Shown here one piece after another: positions 1 through 8,683 of a DNA stretch of 32,272 bases. The DNA is taken from assembly GCA_020348365.1 (NCBI GenBank), contig CP070749.1:472992-505263 (forward strand), written 5' to 3'. How positions within the stretch are numbered: the first letter of the stretch is position 1; every line of letters begins with the position of its first letter. The position numbers and the translations under genes were made by a program. The DNA is from Candidatus Bathyarchaeota archaeon (GTDB lineage: Archaea > Thermoproteota > Bathyarchaeia > Bathyarchaeales > Bathyarchaeaceae). Under the pieces are notes generated by a model. That model did no database searches and was not told the DNA's origin. It saw nothing but the letters and a program-made list of their open reading frames with translations.

Positions 1-443
1 ATCAACACTTCACCGCTGGTCGAATTATAAACCTTGTAGACTACTATGGTGACGCTCTTTCCGTGTGGCATGAATACTGTTTTCCGAAGCTGAACCCCAT
101 TCATGGAATATCTGTATGTTGGGAACGGCTCTAAGGCGAAGCTTGATAGGAATCGATATCCTTTTGGATAGATCTCACTTCTAAACTCATTCGATCCTAA
201 CGAATACGTCTTGTTCTCTATTTCTATCTCTTCATCGAGTTTGGTGAGAAGCACTCTGCGGTCTGTGGGTGGGTTGAAGGCAGACACTAGGAGACCGTGA
301 TACTTTCGTGTGTTGACCCCCAAGATAGTGGACGATGCGTATCCGCCAAGTCCATTTGCTACAATCCATTCTCTTCGAATCGCCCGCTCAAAATCTGGAA
401 GAAGCACTGGTTCGATGTGAATTTTTGGCGAGTCGACTTCCAT
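1..443 (-). CDS. Glycogen debranching enzyme, archaeal type (amylo-alpha-1,6-glucosidase family); N-terminal part only, continues past the window edge
   Basis: Not in the ORF track because it runs off the 5' edge. My minus-strand translation from the ATG at 443-441 gives MEVDSPKIHIEPVLLPDFERAIRREWIVANGLGGYASSTILGVNTRKYHGLLVSAFNPPTDRRVLL... The REW-x-x-NGLGGYAS...NTRKYHGLL pattern is what I associate with the N-terminal domain of archaeal-type glycogen debranching enzymes. Confidence 0.65.
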   Translation of the reverse strand, partial: MEVDSPKIHIEPVLLPDFERAIRREWIVANGLGGYASSTILGVNTRKYHGLLVSAFNPPTDRRVLLTKLDEEIEIENKTYSLGSNEFRSEIYPKGYRFLSSFALEPFPTYRYSMNGVQLRKTVFMPHGKSVTIVVYKVYNSTSGEVL

Positions 444-756
444 TCTATCATCCAGCCTTAATGTGAAGCGCTGGTTCTATATGTGAACTTCGCCTTTCTT
501 CACAACACCGCCCAAAATGTCACAAAGAAGAAAGCAATCTTGCGCTAACTCATACTCACAGGTAAAATTAAAAGATAGCATTCCAACTCGTAGGTATCGA
601 GTGCTATTTGATTGTACCAGTGAAGTCATCTTCGAAGGAGTTTTCTCTACTTGATGGAATCGGAGAAGATTGAGTATAGGCCAGTTTCTGTTAGAGAAGC
701 GCGCGCGCTGACTCGTCTAGACCAAAAGGAAAACCTCAGCCAAAAGACACACGAGA

Positions 757-1638
757 CTAAAGCATTATCTTGGCGACGTTCTTTTCCTTTTCGACATTGA
801 GAAAGTTGGCGACTGGTCGGCACTTGGTTCGTAACAGCAAGGCGTGGGGAAGAGTCAAGTCAAGCTCCGTCAAAGTCTCAACATGCCCCATACCCTTGGC
901 CAAGACTAAATCCACTGAGCCATAAGCTTTCAGAAACTCATGGGAACACTGCTCAGGCATTAACCCAACAGCGTCCGTACCCGTAGTAATCAGGGCATCC
1001 GCAGTTCTATCCATACCAACATATTTGGCGTCCTCCACAGTGGCGTCATTAATGATCGGCCCCCCCTTTACCCCTACAGTGACATGTGCTCCAAGCCTCT
1101 TCAACTCGCCAACCAATAGCTTGTCAAAGACTATCTCGCCAGCGTTATCTGTGAGATAAAGAATTCTTCTCGCCTCTTTGACAGCGCCAAAGATCTCAAA
1201 GATATCATCGATGGCCAAATCATCCTCTGCCCGCTGGATTAGCCTTTCGACGTCTCCATAGTTGAATGTGTGACCGGGAATATCAAATTCCATAACGTTG
1301 CCGACGATGGAGCACAAACAAGCCTTCCTAAATCTGAACTCAGAGGAAGATTCATTCGAAACCAGTTTCCTCGCATATGGAAAAAACCCCAGGGCTTTCT
1401 GGTTGCTTCTCTGCTTTATCTTTGCATAAGGATCAAGGTTACCTGTCATTCGCCTTATCAGCCGGTCTCTTTCTGTGCCGAGGTGAGCAGGAACTGTGGT
1501 TGGCTTGAACTCTTTGACGAGCAACCGGAATAAAGCTGATGTGACTTTGAACTGAAGAGAGGGATCCTCCGTTACCTCTGCGATTTGAAGCAGACCTCTA
1601 TGAAGCAGACATCCAGCACATTCAATCTCAACCTTCAA
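757..1638 (-). CDS. DUF89 family protein (ARMT1-like damage-control phosphatase)
   Basis: 293-aa ORF with a TTG start. The N-terminal MKVEIECAGCLLHR, the DNAGEIVFDKLL motif and the KGMGHVETL motif are typical of archaeal DUF89 proteins. Confidence 0.7.
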   Translation of the reverse strand: MKVEIECAGCLLHRGLLQIAEVTEDPSLQFKVTSALFRLLVKEFKPTTVPAHLGTERDRLIRRMTGNLDPYAKIKQRSNQKALGFFPYARKLVSNESSSEFRFRKACLCSIVGNVMEFDIPGHTFNYGDVERLIQRAEDDLAIDDIFEIFGAVKEARRILYLTDNAGEIVFDKLLVGELKRLGAHVTVGVKGGPIINDATVEDAKYVGMDRTADALITTGTDAVGLMPEQCSHEFLKAYGSVDLVLAKGMGHVETLTELDLTLPHALLLRTKCRPVANFLNVEKEKNVAKIML

Positions 1639-1711
1639 TCAATAGTCCCTCATACCTTGGTCACAGCCTCAGCAAACATCATTCATGAGTCACAGTTCCG
1701 CATGTAGCCAG

Positions 1712-2407
<696 letters not shown>

Positions 2408-2522
2408 TTATAGCTGTCCTAGACAGTTAAAAACAATTTTGGAGAGTAACATACAACAGTGCATAAGACTTAGGAGCGCGTCACATTTGACTCGAGACTT
2501 CCTCAATGGGTTTGTTTCCTAT

Positions 2523-4331
2523 TCAGGCTGTGGCTGAGTACTTTTTTCCTGAGAGAGGTATGTAATAGTGCTCCCCTATCCGTTTTTGATGTCTGTCAAG
2601 TTTTGAGTCTTCCTTGTTCACTCGCGGTCTTTTTGTAATAGAGTCTCTCCTAAAGGTTATCTTCATATCCTTGAGAAAGGTATTCATGCCTCTGCGTAGA
2701 TCAGTTGGCGGATTGGCTACGCCGAAGAGTCCTGGCTCTCCCGTAAATATCATGAGTCGGTCGGCGATGAAATCCTGCGCCACGACATCGTGCTCGACTA
2801 CGAAGGCTATGACATTCCGACTCTCAACAACCCGTCTGATCGTGTGAGCCATTGTCAGGCGCTCTTCTACGTCCAGATAAGCGCTTGGCTCGTCCAGAAG
2901 ATAAAGCTGGGCTTTCTTAGATAAGCAGGCGGCGATGGCGACTTTCTGAAGCTCGCCGCCACTGAGCTCGGCTATGTTACGGTCTAGGATTAGGTGCAGA
3001 TTCAGGGGTTGTATGATCTCGCTTTCATACCAACTGGTGGTGAAGTCTTCTTCTGCAACATTTCTCAGCAGATCTCCAACTGTTCCCATGTACTTCGCCG
3101 AGATATACTGGGGTTTATAGCTCACAGCCAACTCAGATTGTGCCACACGTCTACCATCGAGTCTCTCGTTTCCAGCAAGCAATCTGACAAAGGTTGTTTT
3201 CCCGATGCCGTTAGGCCCTAATATTCCGATGACCTCACCCTGCCTTGCGTCTCCAGGCACTACTGAAAGTTCGAATTCCTCAAATGACTTCTTCATTCCA
3301 TCCCACCTTAGCAATGTCTCTCCAGCTTCATGGCCTACTGTGGGGGGCTTCACGTGGAATACTATTGGAGCTTCTCTGAAACGGACATTTTCATCAGGGA
3401 TAAAACCTTGCAGGTAAACATTGATTCCAACCCTCACGCCCTGAACATGGGATACGACGCCATAAACCCGTGGGCTTCCATAAAAGACGCAGATCCTGTC
3501 AGATAGATAGTCCAGAATTGCCAAATCGTGCTCTGCTACGATGACAGTCTTCTCATCTTTATTCAGATCTCGTATCGCTCTGGCCGCTTGGAGACGCTGT
3601 TTCACATCTAAGTAGCTGGAAGGCTCGTCGAATAGATAGACATCCGCCTCGCGACATATCGTGGCAACGATGGAGACCCTCTGTAGCTCACCTCCGCTCA
3701 AAACATCCAGAGTTCTGTCCCAGACAGTCTTAAGCTGGAGTTGTTCTGCAAGAACTTCTAACATGCCCCGTTCATCTACATTCTCCAGAAGGGCTCCAAC
3801 CTCTCCTGAAACAACACGTGGAATCTTATCCACGTACTGGGGCTTGTGCACGACTCTGAATTCGTTGTCACCCAATCTTTGAAAGTACTCCTGAAGAGTT
3901 GAACCCCGGAAGTTTTGGATGATCGCTGACCATTCTGGAGGTTCTTCATGATTTCCAAGATTTAACTTGATCTCCCCTGAAAGAATTTTCAGAGCAGTTG
4001 TTTTTCCAATGCCGTTTTGGCCAAGAAGACCCAACACCACGCCTGATGAGGGTAAAGGCAGACGGAAGAGCTTGAAGGTGTTTGGGCCAAACCGGTGGCT
4101 GCACTCCTTCTCAAGTTCATCTGGGAGGTTGACAATTGACAAGGCGCTGAATGGACACTTTCTGACACAGATGCCACAGCCCACGCAGAGGGCCTCAACA
4201 ACAAGCGGTCCATTATCCTCAAATCGGATTGCCTCTATATTGCTCCTTACCTTAGGGCAAAAGCGATAGCATACCCTATCACAATGCTTAGGCTTGCATC
4301 GATCCTCATCAAGAACAGCTACTCGAACCAT
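2523..4331 (-). CDS. ABCE1: ABCE1 / RNase L inhibitor homologue (ribosome recycling ATPase)
   Basis: 602 aa. It has an N-terminal Cys-rich 4Fe-4S ferredoxin-like region (CKPKHCDRVCYRFCP ... CVGCGICVRKCP). It has two ABC cassettes with Walker A (GQNGIGKTT, GPNGIGKTT) and two LSGGELQ signatures. Confidence 0.95.
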   Translation of the reverse strand: MVRVAVLDEDRCKPKHCDRVCYRFCPKVRSNIEAIRFEDNGPLVVEALCVGCGICVRKCPFSALSIVNLPDELEKECSHRFGPNTFKLFRLPLPSSGVVLGLLGQNGIGKTTALKILSGEIKLNLGNHEEPPEWSAIIQNFRGSTLQEYFQRLGDNEFRVVHKPQYVDKIPRVVSGEVGALLENVDERGMLEVLAEQLQLKTVWDRTLDVLSGGELQRVSIVATICREADVYLFDEPSSYLDVKQRLQAARAIRDLNKDEKTVIVAEHDLAILDYLSDRICVFYGSPRVYGVVSHVQGVRVGINVYLQGFIPDENVRFREAPIVFHVKPPTVGHEAGETLLRWDGMKKSFEEFELSVVPGDARQGEVIGILGPNGIGKTTFVRLLAGNERLDGRRVAQSELAVSYKPQYISAKYMGTVGDLLRNVAEEDFTTSWYESEIIQPLNLHLILDRNIAELSGGELQKVAIAACLSKKAQLYLLDEPSAYLDVEERLTMAHTIRRVVESRNVIAFVVEHDVVAQDFIADRLMIFTGEPGLFGVANPPTDLRRGMNTFLKDMKITFRRDSITKRPRVNKEDSKLDRHQKRIGEHYYIPLSGKKYSATA

Positions 4332-4409
4332 ATCTCTTCAGTTCACTTTGATTGTAGGATTAAAAGACAAATAATAAGCTTCAGTCTTTATCAGCCCAGA
4401 ACTAGCTAC

Positions 4410-4431
4410 AAAAAAGGAAACAATGAAAAAA
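4410..4431 (-). terminator. Two oligo-T runs (T6 x2 on the minus strand) downstream of the acidic micro-ORF; possible archaeal intrinsic terminator
   Basis: The plus strand shows A6 at 4410-4415 and A6 at 4426-4431. On the minus strand this reads CCTTTTTTCATTGTTTCCTTTTTTG, about 20 nt after the micro-ORF stop. Confidence 0.3.
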
Positions 4432-4448
4432 GGTGCTTCATGGAGGGG

Positions 4449-4520
4449 CTACCAATCTTCTTCTTCCAACTCTTCCTCTTCCAGCTCTTCTTCCTCCCAT
4501 TCCTCCTCCTCTTCCTCCAC
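4449..4520 (-). CDS. Candidate 23-codon hyper-acidic micro-ORF: (M/V)EEEEEEWEEEELEEEELEEEDW
   Basis: Hand translation gives GTG at 4520-4518 and TAG at 4451-4449. An in-frame TGA lies two codons upstream. A perfect AAGGAGGTGA (revcomp of 4527-4536) sits 6 nt before the GTG. A TATA-like TTAAAAAG (revcomp of 4584-4591) lies about 64 nt upstream. It is below the ORF-track length cutoff and could be a chance ORF in a purine-rich spacer. Confidence 0.3.
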   Translation of the reverse strand: MEEEEEEWEEEELEEEELEEEDW

Positions 4521-4642
4521 AGATTTTCACCTCCTTTGTTGTTATCTTGCAATTCGATTGAATTTAGTCAAAACATATGGTCTCTTTTTAAGCGTTTCTA
4601 TACCCAATCGACGCAGGAACAGTTGAGGAAGCAGAGTGATTC

Positions 4643-5602
4643 TTAAGCTGTTTCTTTCACGATCCTCGCCGCCAAGGCAGTCTTTGGGTGACGAGATTTC
4701 GTGGTCATGTATGCCCAACAGAGATTCTGAGAGTTGTGAGCTGCACCGATTCTACCTGCCATATCTAACGTGATCAAACCCATAGACCCTCCACTCATCC
4801 GACGATTCACAAGTTTTATCGAGCTTTCTGCAGCTTCCTGCGCGGTTTTTCCACTCCGCATAGAATCACATGCGTTCTTGGACAAAACGAGTTTCACTGC
4901 GATCTCGCCTATCCCAGTTGTCGAGGAGGCTCCAGCCTCATTGTCTGCGTACGTGCCACACCCAATAATGGCAGAGTCTCCGATTCTTCCTGGAAACTTT
5001 AGGGAGAATCCCCCAGTGGATGTTGCGGCTGCAACGTTTTCATCTTTGTCCAATGCCACCGCTCCAACAGTTCCCAAGTCGAAGAGTTGCGGGTTAGAAG
5101 TGACTAACGTGTGCAGTTTGGGTAGGTAATCATGTTCTCCTCGCATTAGTTTTTCCTTGGTTTCCGTCCAATATCGCATCCTCAGTTCTGTGAATGGGTT
5201 GGCTATCTCCAATTTGAAAAGCTCAGCGAGTTTCTCCGCGCCCGCTCCTATGATGAATATGTGATCGGTTGTCTCCATGATGATTCTTGCCAAGCGAGTC
5301 GGATTCTTGATGTTCTTTAGCAGTCCAACGGCTCCGGCGTTGAGAGTCTTTCCATCCATTATAGACGCCTCCATCTCTATGCGCTTATCAATTGTTAAGG
5401 CTGAGCCGTGTCCCGCGTTGAAGACTTCGTTGTTCTCCATCGTTACAACGGCTGACTCGACTGCGTCGAGAGCGCTCCCACCAGCTCTTAAGATATCAAA
5501 TCCAGCCAGCGCAGCAGCACTCACCCCAGCGAGTCCTGCACTCTTCCTTTCTGTTCTCCACATACCGGCGCCGCCATGGACAACAATCACGGGTTTTTGC
5601 AT
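4643..5602 (-). CDS. Isoaspartyl peptidase / plant-type L-asparaginase (Ntn hydrolase)
   Basis: VVHGGAG near the N-terminus and GTVGAVALD (autoprocessing Thr nucleophile). The ATG at 5602 is preferred over the GTG at 5611, because that GTG is part of an AGGTG Shine-Dalgarno-like element 6 nt upstream of the ATG. Confidence 0.88.
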   Translation of the reverse strand: MQKPVIVVHGGAGMWRTERKSAGLAGVSAAALAGFDILRAGGSALDAVESAVVTMENNEVFNAGHGSALTIDKRIEMEASIMDGKTLNAGAVGLLKNIKNPTRLARIIMETTDHIFIIGAGAEKLAELFKLEIANPFTELRMRYWTETKEKLMRGEHDYLPKLHTLVTSNPQLFDLGTVGAVALDKDENVAAATSTGGFSLKFPGRIGDSAIIGCGTYADNEAGASSTTGIGEIAVKLVLSKNACDSMRSGKTAQEAAESSIKLVNRRMSGGSMGLITLDMAGRIGAAHNSQNLCWAYMTTKSRHPKTALAARIVKETA

Positions 5603-5799
5603 AATTGGCACCTGCAGTCAAAGCGAGAAAATTACAATTCTGATTGGGCATTTAAAGTCTGTGTTGAAGCGTCTTAAGGAAGAAACTGCAAGGGAATCCA
5701 GAGCTGAACACCTTTTAGTTGATGGACAGAAAGCCTCGTCTCGGAAACATTGGAAGGACATTAATATTCATCCACTCCATTCTCATGAGAGAGAGAAAT

Positions 5800-6456
5800 A
5801 TGCGTATTCTAAAGGCGACGTCAGAAAACATTCGAGTAGCCTCGAGGATAGTGAGAAATGGAGGCTTGGTTGTGTATCCTACAGACACCGTTTATGGGTT
5901 GGGATGCGACCCTGTGAACGCGGATGCTGTGAATCGCGTTTTTGCAGCCAAGGGTGAACGGAAGAAGCCTCTACCTGTTCTCTCATGTTCTCTTGCTGAC
6001 ATAGAAAAGATAGCTCGACTGTCGGATGTGGCTCGAAGGATTGCCGCAGAGTTCTGGCCAGGACCGCTCACCATCATAGTACCAAAGAAACCAACCCTCC
6101 CAGACTTTGTCACCTGCAATTTGGATTCGGTGGGCGTGAGGATACCGGAGAATGATGTAGCGGCTCAGCTGATTCGTTGGTCAGAGGGCTTTCTGGTAGG
6201 GACCAGTGCCAACAAAACGGGGCACAGACCGGCGTGTACCGCCAGCGAGGCCCTGGAAAAGTTAGGAGAAGAGGTAGATGCAATTCTAGATGGAGGACGA
6301 GCGCCACTGGGAGAGCCATCGACGGTAGTTGACTTGACCACGGAGAAACCAAAAATCTTGCGACAAGGGGGTATAGCCTTCAAGGATATTTTGGCATGTA
6401 TGCTCATCGACAGTCACCATGATGTGGCTCTTGAGGGAGACAGAATTGCTGAATGA
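5800..6456 (+). CDS. sua5: L-threonylcarbamoyladenylate synthase, short YrdC/TsaC-type Sua5 with no C-terminal SUA5 domain
   Basis: VVYPTDTVYGLGCDP, AKGERKKPLPVL and FWPGPLT motifs. The ATG at 5800 (MRILKATSENI) is preferred over the ORF-track start at 5719. About 218 aa. Confidence 0.88.
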   Translation: MRILKATSENIRVASRIVRNGGLVVYPTDTVYGLGCDPVNADAVNRVFAAKGERKKPLPVLSCSLADIEKIARLSDVARRIAAEFWPGPLTIIVPKKPTLPDFVTCNLDSVGVRIPENDVAAQLIRWSEGFLVGTSANKTGHRPACTASEALEKLGEEVDAILDGGRAPLGEPSTVVDLTTEKPKILRQGGIAFKDILACMLIDSHHDVALEGDRIAE

Positions 6457-6970
6457 TTTCAACCTGCTCGTCACGACTTCGCGTGGAAATGAGGAGGACT
6501 TGTGCTCTGAAATCTGGTATTTACTGAGAGAAATAGGAGATGAGACGGTCCAGGTGGAAAAAACAGGGGTGGCAGGTCTAATAGCGGCCAAGACCGCCCT
6601 CAACCCCGTTGAGACCATCGAAAAGCTTCGAGACATATTGGAGAAGCGACCATCGGAATTCCGATACACGTTCAGAGTTACTCCAATCCAGAGAGTCGTG
6701 CGTACAGACCTAGGAGAGATCGAGAGGACTGCCACTAGGCTCGCTTCCAAGATAAGAGAGGATGAGACGTTTCGGGTAACAGTCAAGAAAAGGTTCACAG
6801 AGCTTTCTTCACAAGAAATTGTTGAAGCCGCGGCTGCAAACGTTGAGAGACAGGTTGATTTGGAGAGTCCCGACAAAGTCATTCTTGTAGAAGTCACTGG
6901 ACGAATGACCGGTATGTCAGTTATAGAACCTGGAGACGTTATGTCTGTCATGAAGGAGAGGTTTTCTTAG
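6419..6970 (+). CDS. Stand-alone THUMP-domain RNA-binding protein (Tan1-like)
   Basis: 183-aa ORF. FNLLVTTSRGNEEDLCSEIWYLL at the N-terminus, then FRVTVKKR...VILVEV, looks like the ferredoxin-like plus THUMP arrangement of archaeal THUMP-only proteins. It overlaps the sua5 3' end by 38 nt, or by 11 nt if the TTG at 6446 is the start. Confidence 0.65.
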   Translation: MMWLLRETELLNDFNLLVTTSRGNEEDLCSEIWYLLREIGDETVQVEKTGVAGLIAAKTALNPVETIEKLRDILEKRPSEFRYTFRVTPIQRVVRTDLGEIERTATRLASKIREDETFRVTVKKRFTELSSQEIVEAAAANVERQVDLESPDKVILVEVTGRMTGMSVIEPGDVMSVMKERFS

Positions 6971-7533
6971 CGCTGAGTCGCTAGGAGAGCCACGTGTTCA
7001 ATCACCAAGTCAACCAGCACATTCTTTTCAAGTCCTTTAAGCTCTAGTTTTGACTCCAGTTCAAGATCGGAAATGTCGAACATCCTCCTAACGCCCTCCA
7101 TTTTCTCATACGTCAACTCAAGAATGCAGTCATCACGTTCCCCAGAAACCAGCCTTGAAATGGTTCCCAAAGCTGAATCTGCTTCCTTAAATGTTTTCGC
7201 AATGACAAGAACTGCTATGTATGGAGACTCTGACTTCGATCCTAGCAGGTCTATTGCTTTGTCAATTTGGCTCTGGGCGGAGGCGTAGAGAAGGGTTTCC
7301 ATGGCTAGACTTCTGGAAATGTTTAACTTACTCTCAAATGCAGTGAGGGCGTTTAGGGCAGCGAAGTAGAGATGCTTCCAACTTGCTATTAGGTTCGCGT
7401 TAAAAATCTGAATCTCTACATCTGCAGTCTTCTTCCTAACAAGATTGAGAAAGTCATTGACATCTTTGATTTGGACGTTTTTGAACCCCGCTATTGCGAT
7501 GTACCTTCCAGACCCTTCCAGTTTCCTGATCAA
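6967..7533 (-). CDS. cgi121: KEOPS complex subunit Cgi121
   Basis: IQIFNANLIASWKHLYFAALNALTAF...SRSLAMETLLYASAQSQIDKAIDLLG aligns by eye with my memory of Methanocaldococcus Cgi121 (FQILNADVVATKKHVLHAINQA...SFWMEILVRASGQRQIHEAIKIIG). Its ATG overlaps the stop of the upstream PRT gene (ATGA). Confidence 0.85.
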   Translation of the reverse strand: MIRKLEGSGRYIAIAGFKNVQIKDVNDFLNLVRKKTADVEIQIFNANLIASWKHLYFAALNALTAFESKLNISRSLAMETLLYASAQSQIDKAIDLLGSKSESPYIAVLVIAKTFKEADSALGTISRLVSGERDDCILELTYEKMEGVRRMFDISDLELESKLELKGLEKNVLVDLVIEHVALLATQR

Positions 7534-8132
7534 GTCTCCCCCTCTGAAATCTCCAAGATGAATTTCTCTGCAAGCTGAGTGTCAAACCCAGACCTCAGCA
7601 GTTTGTCCTTGGCCTCTTTGACGGTTTTTCCTTCACTCTGGTAACGTTTAATGATGTTTCTGACCGCCTCCTTCCTCTCCCAAGGAAAGATGACCCATGA
7701 GTTTGTCCTCTTCTCATAGTAATCTGGGACGACGACGCTCCAAGGCTTATAATAGATGGTTGAAATCTTAACTTCAATCGCGCCTTTCTTCTTCAAGTGC
7801 GAATTCACCAGTCGAAGGCTCTTTCCAGTGTCGGCGACATCATCCATGAGAAGCACTTCCTTACCCTCAACCGACACTGAAACAGGCTGAGTTAGTATGG
7901 GTTCACCTTTTGTCTTGGCAACTCCTATGTAGAACTCCGCCTTCACATTGGCAATCTCAGGATTCTCCAGCAGATCTGACATGACTCTAGCTGGGGGCCA
8001 GCCACCACGGGAAACCCCGACAATCACGTCTGGTTTGAAGCCGTCCTCTCGAATCTTCTCAGCGAGGCTCAGGAGAAAATCGTAGATTTTGTCCCACGTG
8101 GGGATTTCAAGTTCTAGACTCTCAGCCATCAA
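7530..8132 (-). CDS. Purine (hypoxanthine/guanine or xanthine-type) phosphoribosyltransferase
   Basis: PRPP-binding loop VLLMDDVADTGKSL and VGVSRGGWPPARVMSDLL, typical of archaeal type I purine PRTs. Substrate specificity is not resolvable by eye. Confidence 0.8.
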   Translation of the reverse strand: MMAESLELEIPTWDKIYDFLLSLAEKIREDGFKPDVIVGVSRGGWPPARVMSDLLENPEIANVKAEFYIGVAKTKGEPILTQPVSVSVEGKEVLLMDDVADTGKSLRLVNSHLKKKGAIEVKISTIYYKPWSVVVPDYYEKRTNSWVIFPWERKEAVRNIIKRYQSEGKTVKEAKDKLLRSGFDTQLAEKFILEISEGET

Positions 8133-8253
8133 TGAACCACAAACTGCTTCAATCTTAATTGAAGTCGGCTGCTCTGATGTGGCTTTTGGGCCTACTCTAA
8201 TATAACGCTTATTAAGAATCCTAAGATGTAGAAATCACAGAATACGAATAGTT

Positions 8254-8397
8254 TCAATCATCACCGGATTCTAGGACAGTTACCTTTTCGATATTTTCTA
8301 TCCAAGGGATTCTTGATTCTTCAAGTTTCTCTAGAATCTCTTCTTCAATTTCCTTGTTCTGCTCTTCGAGACACTCTTTGACGAGGCTTATGACCAT
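8254..8397 (-). CDS. Possible 47-aa charged small protein (MVISLVKECLEEQNKEIEEEILEKLEESRIPWIENIEKVTVLESGDD)
   Basis: Hand-translated ORF in the 551-bp spacer, in the same orientation as the PRT-cgi121 unit. I recognise no Shine-Dalgarno element or family match. It is supported only by an open frame and coiled-coil-like composition. Confidence 0.2.
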   Translation of the reverse strand: MVISLVKECLEEQNKEIEEEILEKLEESRIPWIENIEKVTVLESGDD

Positions 8398-8683
8398 AAT
8401 AGCTATTTTTCTAGGCACTCTGTTTCCTTCTCTTTGTGTATTTGTGTTTTACAGTTCTGGTGTTGTACGTGCAAACAATATGTCTGATTGGAGACATATC
8501 TGATATAATATGACCGAGCCCGAATATAAGGGTTTCTTATATCTTCCTACATCAGAGTCTTTCTCATCTCTCGCACACCGACCGCACCAAGTCAAAAAAC
8601 GTAGTCTGAAAACTTATAACCAACTTTCCTTTGATACGTGAAAACATAGAGGTCTTCAGTCGCGGTCATGGAGAGGATAGTCA

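Noticed and set aside
517-654. 45-codon plus-strand ORF (MSQRRKQSCANSYSQVKLKD...) in the spacer between DUF89 and the debranching enzyme gene
   Set aside because: It lies opposite to both flanking genes, in a region that must hold the debranching enzyme promoter. It has no Shine-Dalgarno element or motif, and its basic composition is uninformative.
699-707. A short (CG)n run (GCGCGCGCG)
   Set aside because: It is too short to be meaningful, and nothing associated with it recurs elsewhere.
4284-4646. Plus-strand ORFs 4284..4646 (Leu/Phe-rich) and 4423..4626 (poly-Ser)
   Set aside because: They are low-complexity translations of the CT-rich strand of the GA-rich spacer. They have no Shine-Dalgarno element or promoter and lie antisense to the only plausible micro-ORF. 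Their composition is that of a repeat artefact.
5277-5957. 226-aa plus-strand ORF overlapping the asparaginase gene
   Set aside because: It is a shadow ORF antisense to a confidently identified gene. It is Ser/Ala/Pro-rich, has no recognisable motifs, and its 3' part merges with the out-of-frame upstream region of sua5.
6286-6951. 221-aa minus-strand ORF covering the sua5 3' end and the THUMP gene
   Set aside because: It is an antisense shadow ORF with Ser/Thr-rich, motif-free sequence. The sense-strand products have clear family signatures.
6419-6970. The idea that this ORF is the frameshifted C-terminal SUA5 domain of a long Sua5
   Set aside because: The sequence (FNLLVTTSRGNEE..., FRVTVKKR...) looks like a ferredoxin-like plus THUMP module, not the Rossmann-like SUA5 domain. 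The Sua5 frame ends with a clean stop after a complete YrdC domain.
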